A program made the position numbers and the translations under genes. Below are positions 1 to 10,994 of a stretch of 64,000 nucleotides of DNA, in pieces. Origin of the DNA: an uncultured delta proteobacterium (GTDB lineage: Bacteria > Desulfobacterota > Binatia > Binatales > Binataceae); the NCBI GenBank assembly GCA_963808235.1, contig CAWEEQ010000002.1, forward strand, positions 160,001 through 224,000. Reading direction: 5' to 3'. How positions within the stretch are numbered: the stretch's first letter is position 1; each line of letters begins with the position of its first letter. Under the pieces are notes generated by a model. It had not been told where the DNA came from. It was given only the letters and a program-made list of their open reading frames with translations, and searched no databases.

Positions 1-1290
1 GGACACGACGTCGCCGCCGCTGCTCACTATCTCGAATCCGTGATCCGCGAGATAGTTCGGGTCGCGCAAAGACTTTGGAACCAACTCCGATCTCTGGATC
101 GAAGGCGGTACATTCCAATACGGGCGGAAGATCAGGTAGCGCATATTGTCGGCGAACACCGGGGTCTGCCGGCGCATCGCCTTGCCGACAACTACTCTCA
201 TCGTCAAATATGGCGCCGGCTGCTTACGTAGGGTGCGCAGACGGAACTCCGGGATGTTGACGACGATGGGCGGCTCGGGGAAGTCGGGCGGAATCCATCG
301 GTAGCGCTCGAGCGTAAGCTCAAGTTGTCGCACCCGGTAGCTGAGCGGCCGATTCAGTTGGGTCGCAGTGTCCTTGCCCAACACGCCGTCGGGCTCGAGT
401 CCATGGCGCTGCTGGAAATGTTTCACCGCGTCGACGACGACGCCATCGTAGACAGTCTCATTCGTCGGCAGTGTGGCGGTCTGCGCCAGGTCTCCGAGCT
501 GGTGAAGCCGCGCGACCAGTTGTGGCATTCCCGCAAACGACATCCGTGGACGGACGCCTTTTTGCGGCGTCGGCACAGCGGGCGCATCACCCGCACCGGC
601 GAGCTTCAGGTAGATCGCGAGAGCATCTTCGGCTCGTCGGTAACCTTCGTAAGGTGGCTCGTCTTTCGCGATTAGTGCCGGAACGTCCGCGACTGTCAGC
701 ACTTGGGTTCGAATGAATTCGGGCAGATCAAATTTCTTCGGTCCAACCTCAAGACCAAACTTGAAATGCTGAGGGTTGACCCTTCCGATGCGCAAATCGG
801 AGATGTAGCGCATCGTGGATACCGTCAGGGCGAGATCGATGTGCGCTACGTCCGAGTCCGACGGCACGCGTTGCAACTTCGCGATTCGCGCATCCCATAG
901 CGCCGCATCGTAGTCATCGGGATTGAGACCCCTAAGCGAAGCTTGTTTGAATAGCGTAATCATCGCGAGCGCCTGAGGGATGGGCTGCTTGCTTTTGATC
1001 CACGCGGGCGAATTCGCTCCCGAGTCATAAAACTTTTTGACGTCCGCCCGGTAATCGGTGAAATTCGGCCAGTGCAAGTCGGTGAGAGTTCCCGCCGAGA
1101 TGAGAGTGGCGAGTTCCGTCTGGGCGGGCGTCGATAGATTCGAAACTTGCGTCGCGGTTGCGCCGGCCATAGGAGAGCTCGCAGGTTGCTGGCACATCGC
1201 CGGGACCGGATGCATCGCAATGGTCATCGCCAACGTGACCCCGCAAACTTTCCATGATCGCATCTTCATCATCGTGTCTCTCATTCTCAT
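1..1290 (-). CDS. Murein L,D-transpeptidase (YcbB/LdtD-like), 3' end runs off the window
   Basis: Not in the ORF track (no stop in window). Manual minus-strand translation gives a signal peptide, a PG-binding motif (AVKHFQQRHGLEPDGVLG) and a YkuD-type segment (VVNIPEF..RVVVGK..TPVF..FRPYWNVPPSI). Start is uncertain among ATGs at 1263-1290. Confidence 0.85.
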   Translation of the reverse strand, partial: MRMRDTMMKMRSWKVCGVTLAMTIAMHPVPAMCQQPASSPMAGATATQVSNLSTPAQTELATLISAGTLTDLHWPNFTDYRADVKKFYDSGANSPAWIKSKQPIPQALAMITLFKQASLRGLNPDDYDAALWDARIAKLQRVPSDSDVAHIDLALTVSTMRYISDLRIGRVNPQHFKFGLEVGPKKFDLPEFIRTQVLTVADVPALIAKDEPPYEGYRRAEDALAIYLKLAGAGDAPAVPTPQKGVRPRMSFAGMPQLVARLHQLGDLAQTATLPTNETVYDGVVVDAVKHFQQRHGLEPDGVLGKDTATQLNRPLSYRVRQLELTLERYRWIPPDFPEPPIVVNIPEFRLRTLRKQPAPYLTMRVVVGKAMRRQTPVFADNMRYLIFRPYWNVPPSIQRSELVPKSLRDPNYLADHGFEIVSSGGDVVS

Positions 1291-1448
1291 TGGCAGAACA
1301 CTCTACATAAGTTGCGTCGTTAAGCCTCCCAATCCCCGGACATAAAATTCGGCGTCAGCGGGCACTTTCGCCCGGTCGGCTCGCCATGCTTTAGATACAA
1401 AATCAGGCAAGCACTCGAGCGTCTTGATGAGAAAGAGATGAAAGCAAC

Positions 1449-4400
1449 ATGATCCCGAAAAGTCTTTTGATCGCCAACCGCGGTGAGATCGCAATTCGCG
1501 TCATGCGCGCCGCCGCCGAAATGAACATCGGCACGGTGGCAGTTTTCTCGGAGGACGACGCGCGTTCTCTCCACACGCGCAAGGCTGACGAAGCCCGTCG
1601 CCTGAACGGGATTGGCGCCGCCGCTTACCTTGACATGGAACAAATTATCGAGGTTGCCAAACTGGCAGGATGCGACGCCATCCATCCCGGTTATGGCTTC
1701 CTCAGCGAGAAGGCAGGCTTCGCGAGGCGATGCGCCGACGAAGGGATCATGTTTGTGGGTCCGCGTCCCGAGATACTCGAGCTGTTTGGCGACAAGGTAC
1801 AGGCTCGCGCATTGGCGGCTCAGTGCGGAATCCCCCTGCTGCGAGGCACTTCGGGCGCCACCAGCCTCGATGAAGCGAGAGAATTTTTTTCATCGCTGGG
1901 CAGTGGCGCTTCGATGATGATCAAGGCGGTTGCCGGCGGTGGCGGCCGCGGCATGCGCATCGTCCATCGCGTCGAGGAAATCGCTGAGGCTTATAAACGC
2001 TGTCAGTCCGAAGCGCGCGCCGCATTCGCGAACGCCGATGTTTACGTCGAGCAGTTGATGCCGCGTGCGCGTCATATCGAAGTGCAAATTATCGGCGATA
2101 AATCGGGCGGCGTCAGTCACCTCTGGGAGCGCGAGTGCAGCATCCAGCGGCGCAATCAGAAAATCGTCGAAGTCGCGCCGAGCGCGGGGCTCGCGCCTGC
2201 CCTTCGCGATCGATTGACTGCGGCTGCGGTGCGAATGGCGACCGAGGTCCGCTACGACAATCTCGGCACCTTCGAGTTCCTGGCCAATGCTGCATTGGAA
2301 AAAAACGACGAAGCGGCGTTCGCATTCATCGAGGCCAACCCTAGACTGCAAGTCGAACATACGGTCACGGAAGAAGTGACCGGCATCGATCTCGTCAAGC
2401 TGCAACTACAACTGGCGGCGGGCAGCACGCTCGCGGAGCTAGGGATGCGGCAAGCCGAAATTCCGAAACCGCGCGGGTTCGCGATTCAGATGCGAATCAA
2501 CATGGAGTCGATGTCCGCGGATGGCGGCGCAAAACCGTCGGGCGGAACGTTGACCGCATTCGACGCGCCATCGGGACCCGGTGTGCGCACCGACTCGTTC
2601 GCATATGCCGGCTACACCACGAGTCCTAACTTCGACTCACTGCTCGCCAAAGTTATCGCACGTTCGCCGTCGAACGACTTCGCCGCGGCAGTTAGCAAGG
2701 CGTATCGCGCGCTCTGCGAATTCAGAATTGAAGGCGTTTCGACCAATGTTGGATTCCTGCAAAGCCTTTTGCGGCATCCCGATTTTGTAGCAAATCGCGT
2801 CTACACAAGATTCGTAGAGGACCATATCGCGGAGCTCGTCGGTCGAGCGAATTCCGACCATCAGCGTTTTTTCTTCGACGAAACGCCGGCCAAGCAGCCC
2901 GCGGATCTCCGGAAGATTCCCTCCGCCACTGACGTGGCGGGAAAGCGCGCCGGAGCAAAAATAGATGCGAGCGATCCTCTCGCCGTACTTCATCACGGCA
3001 AAACCGGCGGCGAGATCGGCGTCCGGACCGCATCGGAAGTATCGACGCGCGCTGCTTTGCGCTCGCACGAGATCGAGGCGCCCGCGAACACCGTTGCGAT
3101 CGCTGCCCCGATGCAGGGAACGATTGTTTCGATCGATGTGCAGGAAGGCGAGCGAGTCCATCGCGGTCAACAGCTGTTCGTCATGGAAGCGATGAAGATG
3201 GAGCACGTTATCCAGACGGACAAGAGCGGCATCGTGCGGCGCATCACGGTCGCTATTGGCGACGCGATCTTCGACGGACATCCGCTCGCGTTCATCGAGG
3301 AGGCCGATGTCGAGACTGCTGCGACCGCGGACGCGGAGCAGGTCGATCTGGATCGCGTGCGTCCCGATCTCGCCGAAGTTCAGCAACGTCATGCGCTCGG
3401 GCTCGACGCGGCACGCCCGGAAGCAGTTGCTCGCCGCCGCAAGACCGGCCAGCGCACCACTCGCGAAAATATCGACGACCTGTGCGACCCCGGCACATTT
3501 GTGGAATACGGGCCGCTGGTCATCGCGGCCCAGCGTCGGCGCCGCACGATCGAAGACCTGATCAAAAATACTCCTGCCGACGGGATGGTCGCCGGGATCG
3601 GACGCGTCAATGGCGACTTGTTCGAGGAATCCAAATCTCAGTGCATTCTCATGTCCTATGACTACACGGTGCTCGCCGGCACTCAGGGTCAGCAGAACCA
3701 TCGCAAGAAAGATCGGATGTTCGAAATCGCGCAGAAGTCGCGTCTGCCGGTGGTCTTCTTCACCGAGGGCGGTGGAGGACGTCCCGGCGACACCGACGGC
3801 CTGGGAGTGGCAGGACTAGACTGTCTCGCCTTCAACTACTGGGGAAAATTGAGCGGCCTGGTGCCGCTGGTCGGGATTAATTCGGGGCGATGCTTCGCGG
3901 GAAACGCCGCGTTGCTCGGGTGCTGCGACTTGGTAATCGCGACCAAAGGCTCGAACATCGGGATGGGCGGTCCCGCGATGATCGAAGGAGGCGGACTAGG
4001 TATCTTCCGTCCCGAAGAAGTAGGCCCGATGGATGTGCAAGTAGCTAATGGAGTCGTGGATATTCCGGTCGCCGACGAGCTCGAGGCGGTACGCGTGGCG
4101 AGGAAGTACCTATCTTACTTTCAGGGTGCGCTGCGCGACTGGGCATGCGCCGATCAGCGTCTTTTGCGCGGAATAATTCCCGAAAACAGGCTTCGCATTT
4201 ATGACGTTCGAGCGGTTATCGAAACCCTTGCCGACACCGGCTCGGTGCTCGAGATACGCCGCCATTTTGGTCTCGGGATGGTGACCGGCTTGATCAGAAT
4301 CGAGGGCCATCCGGTCGGCCTCGTCGCCAACAACCCCGTTTATCTCGCGGGCGCGATCGACAGCAACGGCGCCGACAAAGCCGCGCGATTCATGCAGTTG

Positions 4401-4913
4401 TGCGACGCCTTCGACATACCGATCCTGTTCCTCTGCGATACTCCCGGCATCATGGTTGGTCCCGAGGTCGAGAAAACCGCGCTGGTGCGCCACGCGTCCA
4501 GGATGTTTGTGACCGGCGCGAACATCACCGTTCCCTTCTTCACGATCATACTTCGCAAGGGCTACGGCTTGGGCGCGCAGGCGATGGCGGGCGGCAGTTT
4601 CAAAGCGCCGTTCTTCACGGTCGCGTGGCCGACCGGCGAGTTCGGAGGCATGGGACTCGAAGGGGCAGTTAAGCTTGGCTACCGCAACGAACTGGCCGCT
4701 GTCGAAGAACCGGACAAGCGCAAAGCACTCTTTGACGAGATGGTCGACCGGATGTATCGCCACGGCAAGGCGGTGAATACCGCGTCGCACTTCGAAATCG
4801 ATGACGTTATCGATCCATTCGATTCGCGCAAATGGATAGTCGGTGCACTGCGCTCAGCGCCTCCGACTGCGCCGCGTCACGGCAAGAAGCGTCCCAACAT
4901 CGACACCTGGTGA
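1449..4913 (+). CDS. Single-chain acyl-CoA carboxylase (biotin carboxylase + BCCP + carboxyltransferase)
   Basis: LIANRGEIA, GGGGRG, ERECSIQRR and EANPRLQVEH (BC motifs); EAMKM biotinylation motif; C-terminal carboxyltransferase (GMGGP, DTPG). Confidence 0.93.
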   Translation: MIPKSLLIANRGEIAIRVMRAAAEMNIGTVAVFSEDDARSLHTRKADEARRLNGIGAAAYLDMEQIIEVAKLAGCDAIHPGYGFLSEKAGFARRCADEGIMFVGPRPEILELFGDKVQARALAAQCGIPLLRGTSGATSLDEAREFFSSLGSGASMMIKAVAGGGGRGMRIVHRVEEIAEAYKRCQSEARAAFANADVYVEQLMPRARHIEVQIIGDKSGGVSHLWERECSIQRRNQKIVEVAPSAGLAPALRDRLTAAAVRMATEVRYDNLGTFEFLANAALEKNDEAAFAFIEANPRLQVEHTVTEEVTGIDLVKLQLQLAAGSTLAELGMRQAEIPKPRGFAIQMRINMESMSADGGAKPSGGTLTAFDAPSGPGVRTDSFAYAGYTTSPNFDSLLAKVIARSPSNDFAAAVSKAYRALCEFRIEGVSTNVGFLQSLLRHPDFVANRVYTRFVEDHIAELVGRANSDHQRFFFDETPAKQPADLRKIPSATDVAGKRAGAKIDASDPLAVLHHGKTGGEIGVRTASEVSTRAALRSHEIEAPANTVAIAAPMQGTIVSIDVQEGERVHRGQQLFVMEAMKMEHVIQTDKSGIVRRITVAIGDAIFDGHPLAFIEEADVETAATADAEQVDLDRVRPDLAEVQQRHALGLDAARPEAVARRRKTGQRTTRENIDDLCDPGTFVEYGPLVIAAQRRRRTIEDLIKNTPADGMVAGIGRVNGDLFEESKSQCILMSYDYTVLAGTQGQQNHRKKDRMFEIAQKSRLPVVFFTEGGGGRPGDTDGLGVAGLDCLAFNYWGKLSGLVPLVGINSGRCFAGNAALLGCCDLVIATKGSNIGMGGPAMIEGGGLGIFRPEEVGPMDVQVANGVVDIPVADELEAVRVARKYLSYFQGALRDWACADQRLLRGIIPENRLRIYDVRAVIETLADTGSVLEIRRHFGLGMVTGLIRIEGHPVGLVANNPVYLAGAIDSNGADKAARFMQLCDAFDIPILFLCDTPGIMVGPEVEKTALVRHASRMFVTGANITVPFFTIILRKGYGLGAQAMAGGSFKAPFFTVAWPTGEFGGMGLEGAVKLGYRNELAAVEEPDKRKALFDEMVDRMYRHGKAVNTASHFEIDDVIDPFDSRKWIVGALRSAPPTAPRHGKKRPNIDTW

Positions 4914-4917
4914 CCTG

Positions 4918-6546
4918 ATGCGGGAAGGGCCGAAGAAGCTTGACGACATTCTCGCCGACGACCGCGAGACGCTCCGTCAGCTCGGCTACGCTCAGGAATT
5001 GTTTCGCGAGATGGGCGGTTTCGCGAACTTCGCCGTTTCCTTTTCGATCATTTCTATCCTTACCGGCACCGTCCTTCTCTTCGGTTACGGTCTCAAGTTC
5101 GGTGGGCCGATTATCAACACGGTCGGATGGCCGATAGTCAGTGTCTTCGTACTCTGCGTCGCAGCATCGATGGCGGAAATAGCCTCGGCCTATCCCACCG
5201 CTGGCGGTTTGTACTATTGGGCTTTTCGAATGGGCGGCCGCGAGTGGGCCTGGAGTTGCGCGTGGCTGAATATGATTGGCCAGATTACTATCACCGCCGG
5301 AGTGAATATCGGAGCTGCTACTTACCTTACGGGTCTACTTACTAATGCACTGGGTATACCGCCCAACACTTCCGTACCGATACTCGGCGCGGTAAACGGT
5401 TGGAACTTCTGGCTTGCCGCGATGGTCGCGCTGATGGTGCCGCAAGTCCTCATAAACATGCGAGGTCTCAAGTTGGTATCGATGCTCAGCGATTTCAGCG
5501 TCGTCTGGCATATCGCCGGCGTGACGATACTTGCCTTGCTGCTCACCTTCGCCGGCGAGTATCGAAACGGCTGGCACTTTCTTTTTTCGACGACCCATCC
5601 GGCCAACCCGATAGATCAAATGACGAGCTTCGCGATCGGTCCAATCACAGTTCCATCTCTAATCATGAAGATCCCGGGCGTCCGCGAGCTCTATGCGTCG
5701 GGCCCTTACGCGTTCAGTTTCATGCTCGGCCTTCTCCAGGCGCAATGGACCTACACCGGTTACGACGCGTCTGCGCACATGGCCGAAGAGACGTACCTGG
5801 CGCGCATGAATTCCGCCTGGGGAGTGTTCCTGTCGGTCGCCGTCTCGGCGGTCGTTGGTTACGTCGCCTTGCTTGCACTGACCAACTCGATTCCACCGGG
5901 AAAGATTGCCGAGACAGTCGGCGATCCGTATCCGGTGTTATACATAGTCAGAAACGCGTTGCGTCCATTTTTTGCTAATTTGATCGCATTGATTATCGCG
6001 GGCGCCATGTGGCTATGCGGCCTTGCTTCGATTACATCGATGGCGCGGGTTTGCTTCGCCTTCAGCCGTGACAGAGGCCTTCCCGGCAGTAACCTGCTGA
6101 GTCAGGTCAGTCGCAAATGGGGGACGCCGGTCAATGCGATCATAGTTACCAGCCTGATGGTGGTAGTCGTAACCTTCTACTCAGCTACATATGCAGTAGT
6201 TACTTCCATGAGTACGACTGCTCTCTATCTCGCGTATATCATTCCGGTGTTTTTGAACTATCGGAACAAGCGTCGCCAACATGGTGAGTTTACTACCCAG
6301 GTTTTAGCTCCATGGAGCTTAGGCAGATTCGGTCCGGCTATTAATCTGGTTTCGATAGTCTGGGTAGTCTTTATAACCGTGCTGTTCTCGATCCCGCCCA
6401 ACGAACTTGCCGGACTGACGATGGTAGGTCTCGGAGTCATTCTTTTTTTATATTGGCAGTTGTCACAGAAACATCATTTTCAGGGACCACGAAAGGCCGG
6501 TGCCGTAGACATGGGCGAGGCGGTAGCGAGTCCGCGGCCGACTTGA
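4918..6546 (+). CDS. APC-family amino acid permease
   Basis: LGYAQEL..NFAVSFSIISI, MAEIASAYPTAGGLY and GYDASAHMAEET motifs; about 12 hydrophobic segments. Confidence 0.9.
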   Translation: MREGPKKLDDILADDRETLRQLGYAQELFREMGGFANFAVSFSIISILTGTVLLFGYGLKFGGPIINTVGWPIVSVFVLCVAASMAEIASAYPTAGGLYYWAFRMGGREWAWSCAWLNMIGQITITAGVNIGAATYLTGLLTNALGIPPNTSVPILGAVNGWNFWLAAMVALMVPQVLINMRGLKLVSMLSDFSVVWHIAGVTILALLLTFAGEYRNGWHFLFSTTHPANPIDQMTSFAIGPITVPSLIMKIPGVRELYASGPYAFSFMLGLLQAQWTYTGYDASAHMAEETYLARMNSAWGVFLSVAVSAVVGYVALLALTNSIPPGKIAETVGDPYPVLYIVRNALRPFFANLIALIIAGAMWLCGLASITSMARVCFAFSRDRGLPGSNLLSQVSRKWGTPVNAIIVTSLMVVVVTFYSATYAVVTSMSTTALYLAYIIPVFLNYRNKRRQHGEFTTQVLAPWSLGRFGPAINLVSIVWVVFITVLFSIPPNELAGLTMVGLGVILFLYWQLSQKHHFQGPRKAGAVDMGEAVASPRPT

Positions 6547-6637
6547 AAGCGGGTTCGCCAAGTTCGCGGCCGGATTGGCCGTCGCGAGACCCGCACGCCG
6601 CGGATGGTTAAAGCTCAATCGCAAGAGGAGTCGGCCG

Positions 6638-7321
6638 ATGCTGGCAAAGATCAGGCGCAATATCGTCGCGGGAATTCTGACCTTCATTCCTATCTGGGTT
6701 ACGGTCTGGGTGATCAGTTTCCTGGTCGGACTCCTGGTTTCGCTGGGCAGCCCGATTGTCAGTGCATTTGTAGCGCGGCTGCGCCAACAGTCGCCGACTC
6801 TGGCCGAAGGATTTTCTGCGCCATGGTTTCAGGCGACGATCTCAATCGCGATCGTGCTCGCGGCCCTGTATGTTCTCGGCGAGATTGCTACCGCGGTCGC
6901 GGGCCGCCGATTGCTCGCGGCTTTCGACTACCTGATGGCGCGCATTCCGATCGTGCAATCGATCTACGGCGCCGCGCGACAACTGGTCGCGAGCTTCCAG
7001 AGCAAGCCCGGCGGTTCCGAGCGCGTCGTTCTGATCGAATTTCCGTCGCCGGAAATGAAAACGATCGGCCTGGTGACCCGAATCTTTAGCGACGCCGACA
7101 CCGGCGAAGAGATCGCCGCCGTCTACGTGCCTACCACGCCGAATCCGACTTCCGGTTATATGGAGTTGGTCCCGACCAGCCGGCTCGTGATGCTCGATTG
7201 GACGATCAACGAGGCAATGACTTTCATCATGTCAGGCGGCGCGGCAGCGCCCCCAAAGCTGCACTATTCGCGAGGTGCGAGCGCGTCGACATCGACGCCG
7301 AACACGAGGCCCCGCGCGTAG
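6638..7321 (+). CDS. DUF502 family membrane protein
   Basis: RIPIVQSIY..RQL, VVLIEFP and VYVPTTPNPTSG motifs. Confidence 0.9.
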   Translation: MLAKIRRNIVAGILTFIPIWVTVWVISFLVGLLVSLGSPIVSAFVARLRQQSPTLAEGFSAPWFQATISIAIVLAALYVLGEIATAVAGRRLLAAFDYLMARIPIVQSIYGAARQLVASFQSKPGGSERVVLIEFPSPEMKTIGLVTRIFSDADTGEEIAAVYVPTTPNPTSGYMELVPTSRLVMLDWTINEAMTFIMSGGAAAPPKLHYSRGASASTSTPNTRPRA

Positions 7322-7339
7322 TATCGCGCGTCCGGAGAA

Positions 7340-7600
7340 TTACGCTGTCGCGCTTCGCCCTGCGACTGCGTGATACAGAACCAGCAGCACCACTGCGCCG
7401 ACGGTTGCGACCATGATGCTTCTGAGGTCCAGCCCAGTCACGCCCGCCGATCCCATCGCAGTGAAAATCCACCCGCCGATAAAAGCGCCCACTATTCCGA
7501 GCACGATATCGCGGATCATTCCTTCGCCGCCGCGATTCACAATCAGGCTGCCCAGGTAGCCGGCGATTAGTCCCACAATAAGCCACGCGATAATACCCAT
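7340..7600 (-). CDS. GlsB/YeaQ/YmgE transglycosylase-associated membrane protein
   Basis: MGIIAWLIVGLIAG..IVLGIVGAFIGG..ATVGAVVLL pattern. Confidence 0.9.
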   Translation of the reverse strand: MGIIAWLIVGLIAGYLGSLIVNRGGEGMIRDIVLGIVGAFIGGWIFTAMGSAGVTGLDLRSIMVATVGAVVLLVLYHAVAGRSATA

Positions 7601-7926
7601 GATTCACCTTTAGCGCGCTGTGTTCGTTCGTTTACGACTGATCTTCATGTTACCACAAATCCCGATTCCTCTTGTTGCAATTTGAGTTCCCTTCAGCACC
7701 GACACTTGTTGTTGAATTTCGCATTAACTGAGTAAGCTGACTTAGTAACGATGCCGCGGCGAAAATCAGGCAAAATTCCTGGATTCCTGCGAGGATCGTG
7801 TAACTCTTGCATACCTGCTGGAAGAAAGGTTGGCGCCCTGGATTCGATAGTACGTGGACTTTTTCCGGTACGGGATTTGCGTCATTTAGGAGGTTTGGAT
7901 CGTCGATAATAAAGGAGAGTGAAAGT

Positions 7927-8289
7927 ATGAAACGCTTATCAACTCTGATCATTGCATTCGCACTCCCTGTCGCTTTCGCCGCTCCGGCGTTGGCGCAAGA
8001 TGGCAAGACGCTCGGCACTGTCGTCAACGGCAACAAAACGATCGAATTCAAAGCGGCCGATTCCCACGACATCGACACCGCCAAGCTCAAGATCTGGAAT
8101 GACTTTGCGGCCGAGCATCCGGAGATTGCGAAGCAACTTGCCTACAAACCGGCGCTGATCAACGACGACGCGTTCGCGAAGAAACATCCCGAGCTCGACT
8201 CGTTCTTCTCCGCACATCCTGATATTCGCGAGGCGATGGCCGAGAACCCGGGCAACTACGTCGCGATTCCGCCTCGTCCGGGCGAATAG
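7927..8289 (+). CDS. Secreted hypothetical protein with short HPE/HPD repeats
   Basis: AAGGAG RBS, signal peptide ending ALA-Q, and repeated HPEI/HPEL/HPDI units. Confidence 0.75.
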   Translation: MKRLSTLIIAFALPVAFAAPALAQDGKTLGTVVNGNKTIEFKAADSHDIDTAKLKIWNDFAAEHPEIAKQLAYKPALINDDAFAKKHPELDSFFSAHPDIREAMAENPGNYVAIPPRPGE

Positions 8290-8341
8290 CGGCGCGCTCT
8301 GCGAGCAATAGATCCGGCTGGATCTAATCGCTCGACAGTTT

Positions 8342-8396
8342 GATCGAATGACTACTGGCCCAGTATCAACTCGCGCCGGTAGTCATTCGATCTTTT
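8342..8396 (+). terminator. Intrinsic terminator-like hairpin between convergent genes
   Basis: 14-bp inverted repeat GATCGAATGACTAC...GTAGTCATTCGATC followed by TTTT. Confidence 0.6.
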
Positions 8397-8500
8397 CACT
8401 ACTAGTTAGACAGTAGCCTGAACAAGGTGACCACCGGTGCGCGCCTATGCCCACGCCGGCAGTCGTCGATCGTTTCTATTGAGTCTTGCCTGAAGTCCGG

Positions 8501-10825
8501 TTACTCGTACTCGCCGTTGCGTTCTCTAACCGCGCGGCGGGCGAAGCCTTTTGAACGGCGCTTTTTGACTTTGGTTGCTTCGGTTCGACGAGTTTCCGCG
8601 AAGTCAATCAACACTTGCTGGCAAGCCGGGGCGGCATCGGCCGCCGCGGTCCTGATATAAGTCCCGTCGGATTGCATTTCCCACTGGCATCGGTTCGGCT
8701 TCAGTTGGATATCGAGCACCGCGCGCAATTCCTTGCGCAGTTGCGGATCTTCGACCGGCGCCACCACCTCGACGCGGCTCTCGAGGTTGCGTTTCATGCA
8801 GTCGGCAGAGCCGAGCAGAAAATCCTCGGTACCGCCGTTGCGAAAATAGTACAGTCGGCCATGCTCCAGGAAACGTCCGACGATACTCACCACGCGTACA
8901 TTGTCCGACAGCCCAGCAATCCCCGGACGCAGCCTGCAGGTATCGCGCACGATCAAGTCCACTTTCACTCCGGCTTGCGAGGCGCGGTATAGCGCACGCG
9001 TAATATCGACGTCCTCCAGCGCGTTGATCTTCATCTGGATCAATCCCGGCGACGCTGAGGAGTGAGCTTTTATTTCGCGTTCGATCCGGCTCAGCAGCCC
9101 GGGTTTGAGGAGCGTCGGCGCGGGCAGGATTTTTCGATAGGTACGATCCGGCATATAGCCAGTCGTCAGATAATTGAACAGCTGCGTCAGGTCCTCGCCG
9201 ATAGTGTCGTCGCAGGTGAGCAATCCGTAGTCGGCATAAAATCTCGCGGTCACCGGATGATAGTTGCCCGTGCCGATATGCGCGTAGCGGCGAAGACCGG
9301 TGTAGTCCTGGCGAATCACCAGGATAACTTTGGAATGCGTCTTGAGCCCGATCACTCCGTAGGTTACGTGAATCCCGAATTCCTCGAGCCGGGTCGCAAA
9401 CTGGATGTTCGCCGCCTCGTCAAAACGCGCTTTCAGCTCGACGACCACGGCAACCTGCTTGCCGTTTCGCGCCGCATCGCACAGATACCCGATAATCTTC
9501 GAATCGCTCGAAGTCCGGTAAAGGGTCATCTTGATCGCGCGGACTTTTGGATCTTCCGCGGCTTCGCGCAGGAACCGTTCGACCGAGGTCGAGAACGATT
9601 CGTACGGATGCAAGAGCAGGAACGATCCGGCGTCTCGAATTACGTGGAAGATGCTTCTGCCGATCGTCAGGCGCGGATGATCGACCGGATGATGCGGCGG
9701 ATCGTGCAACTGGGGCGCGTCGATCGACGCCAGCTCCTGCAAGTCGCGAATAGCCATCATCCCGTCAACTTCGAAAACGTCGGAACGCTCGTCCAGGCCG
9801 AGTTCTGCCGCCAGCATCCCGCGATGCACCGGGTTCATGCCGGTCAATACTTCAAGCCGGACAATAGGCGCGAAGCGGCGATCGCGCAGTTCGGATTCGA
9901 TCAGCGCCAGCAAATCGTCGGCCTCGTCTTCGTCGCGTTCGGTGTTGGCGTTGCGCGTCACCCGGAATAGTTCGTACGAATCGATCAGCATCGAGGGAAA
10001 CAGGAGATCGAGGTTGTTCGCGACGACGTCTTCGAGCCTTACGAAGTCATTCTGATTGGCGATTCGGAGGAAGCGCGGGATTCCAAAACCGATCGGCACT
10101 TTCACCCGCGCCATCATCGGGTCGGAGTCGTTCTCGTAGCGCGCCGTGACCAGCAGGTTGAGCGACAGGTTGGAGACAAACGGGAACGGATGCGCCGGAT
10201 CCATCGCCTGCGGAGTGACCAGCGGGAAAATATTTTTATAGTAGTATTCGCGGATCGTTTTGCGCTCGTCCGCCGCCAAGCTGCTGTAGGGGCGCAAACG
10301 AATTCCGAAATTCTCGAGCTGACCAAGGATCTCCGGCCCCAGTTCGCGCTGGCGCTGCTCGATCTCGCGCACCACCAGGTAGCATTCAGCGATCTGTTGT
10401 TGCGGCGTGCGTCCATCCACCGTCAGCTCCTGCATCCCGGCGACGACCTGCTGCTTCAGGCCTCCGATCCGCTTCATGAAAAACTCGTCGAGGTTGGACG
10501 CGGTTATCGCGAGAAACTTGAGCCGCTCGAGCAACGGATTACGTTCGTCTTCAGCTTCATGCAGAACGCGCCGGTTGAACGCAAGCCAGGTAAGCTCGCG
10601 ATTCAGGAACAAGTCGGGTGAGGCGAGATCCTTGTCGATTTTCGGCGGCGGTGGTTTTTCAATCGCGGGGACGGCTGCGTCGACTACAACGGCTGCCCCG
10701 GGCAGATCGATCGATGCGCCGTTCTGAGCGCCCCGCGCATTCGCCTCGATTGGCTCGAGGTTTAACCCGGGCGTATCAGTTTGATTTCCCATAGATGCAA
10801 AATCGGTCGGATGTTGCCCCGCCAT
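8501..10825 (-). CDS. ppk1: Polyphosphate kinase 1
   Basis: NRELTWLAFNRRVL, SNLDEFFMKR, DPAHPFP, KMTLYRT, ELKARFDE and VGRFLEH motifs. Start codon uncertain. Confidence 0.96.
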   Translation of the reverse strand: MAGQHPTDFASMGNQTDTPGLNLEPIEANARGAQNGASIDLPGAAVVVDAAVPAIEKPPPPKIDKDLASPDLFLNRELTWLAFNRRVLHEAEDERNPLLERLKFLAITASNLDEFFMKRIGGLKQQVVAGMQELTVDGRTPQQQIAECYLVVREIEQRQRELGPEILGQLENFGIRLRPYSSLAADERKTIREYYYKNIFPLVTPQAMDPAHPFPFVSNLSLNLLVTARYENDSDPMMARVKVPIGFGIPRFLRIANQNDFVRLEDVVANNLDLLFPSMLIDSYELFRVTRNANTERDEDEADDLLALIESELRDRRFAPIVRLEVLTGMNPVHRGMLAAELGLDERSDVFEVDGMMAIRDLQELASIDAPQLHDPPHHPVDHPRLTIGRSIFHVIRDAGSFLLLHPYESFSTSVERFLREAAEDPKVRAIKMTLYRTSSDSKIIGYLCDAARNGKQVAVVVELKARFDEAANIQFATRLEEFGIHVTYGVIGLKTHSKVILVIRQDYTGLRRYAHIGTGNYHPVTARFYADYGLLTCDDTIGEDLTQLFNYLTTGYMPDRTYRKILPAPTLLKPGLLSRIEREIKAHSSASPGLIQMKINALEDVDITRALYRASQAGVKVDLIVRDTCRLRPGIAGLSDNVRVVSIVGRFLEHGRLYYFRNGGTEDFLLGSADCMKRNLESRVEVVAPVEDPQLRKELRAVLDIQLKPNRCQWEMQSDGTYIRTAAADAAPACQQVLIDFAETRRTEATKVKKRRSKGFARRAVRERNGEYE

Positions 10826-10994
10826 TGTAGCCGCCCCGACCGGTAATTTCCTATCCTCGGTGCGATATATCTGCAAAAGCCCAAGACTTCAGAGATGTTT
10901 TACTTCGTTGCAACGGTTTGTCATGGAAACGTCGATTGTGTACAAGAGGCCAAGGCCGTCGCTCCCTCGACTGAACTTCGCCGCATGACTGAAT

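Noticed and set aside
2637-3701. Long antisense ORFs (also 9062..9970, 15999..16964, 62910..63857)
   Set aside because: Shadow frames of well-supported genes in GC-rich DNA.
1449-4913. Three-domain carboxylase fusion as a novelty
   Set aside because: Single-chain BC-BCCP-CT acyl-CoA carboxylases are an established family.
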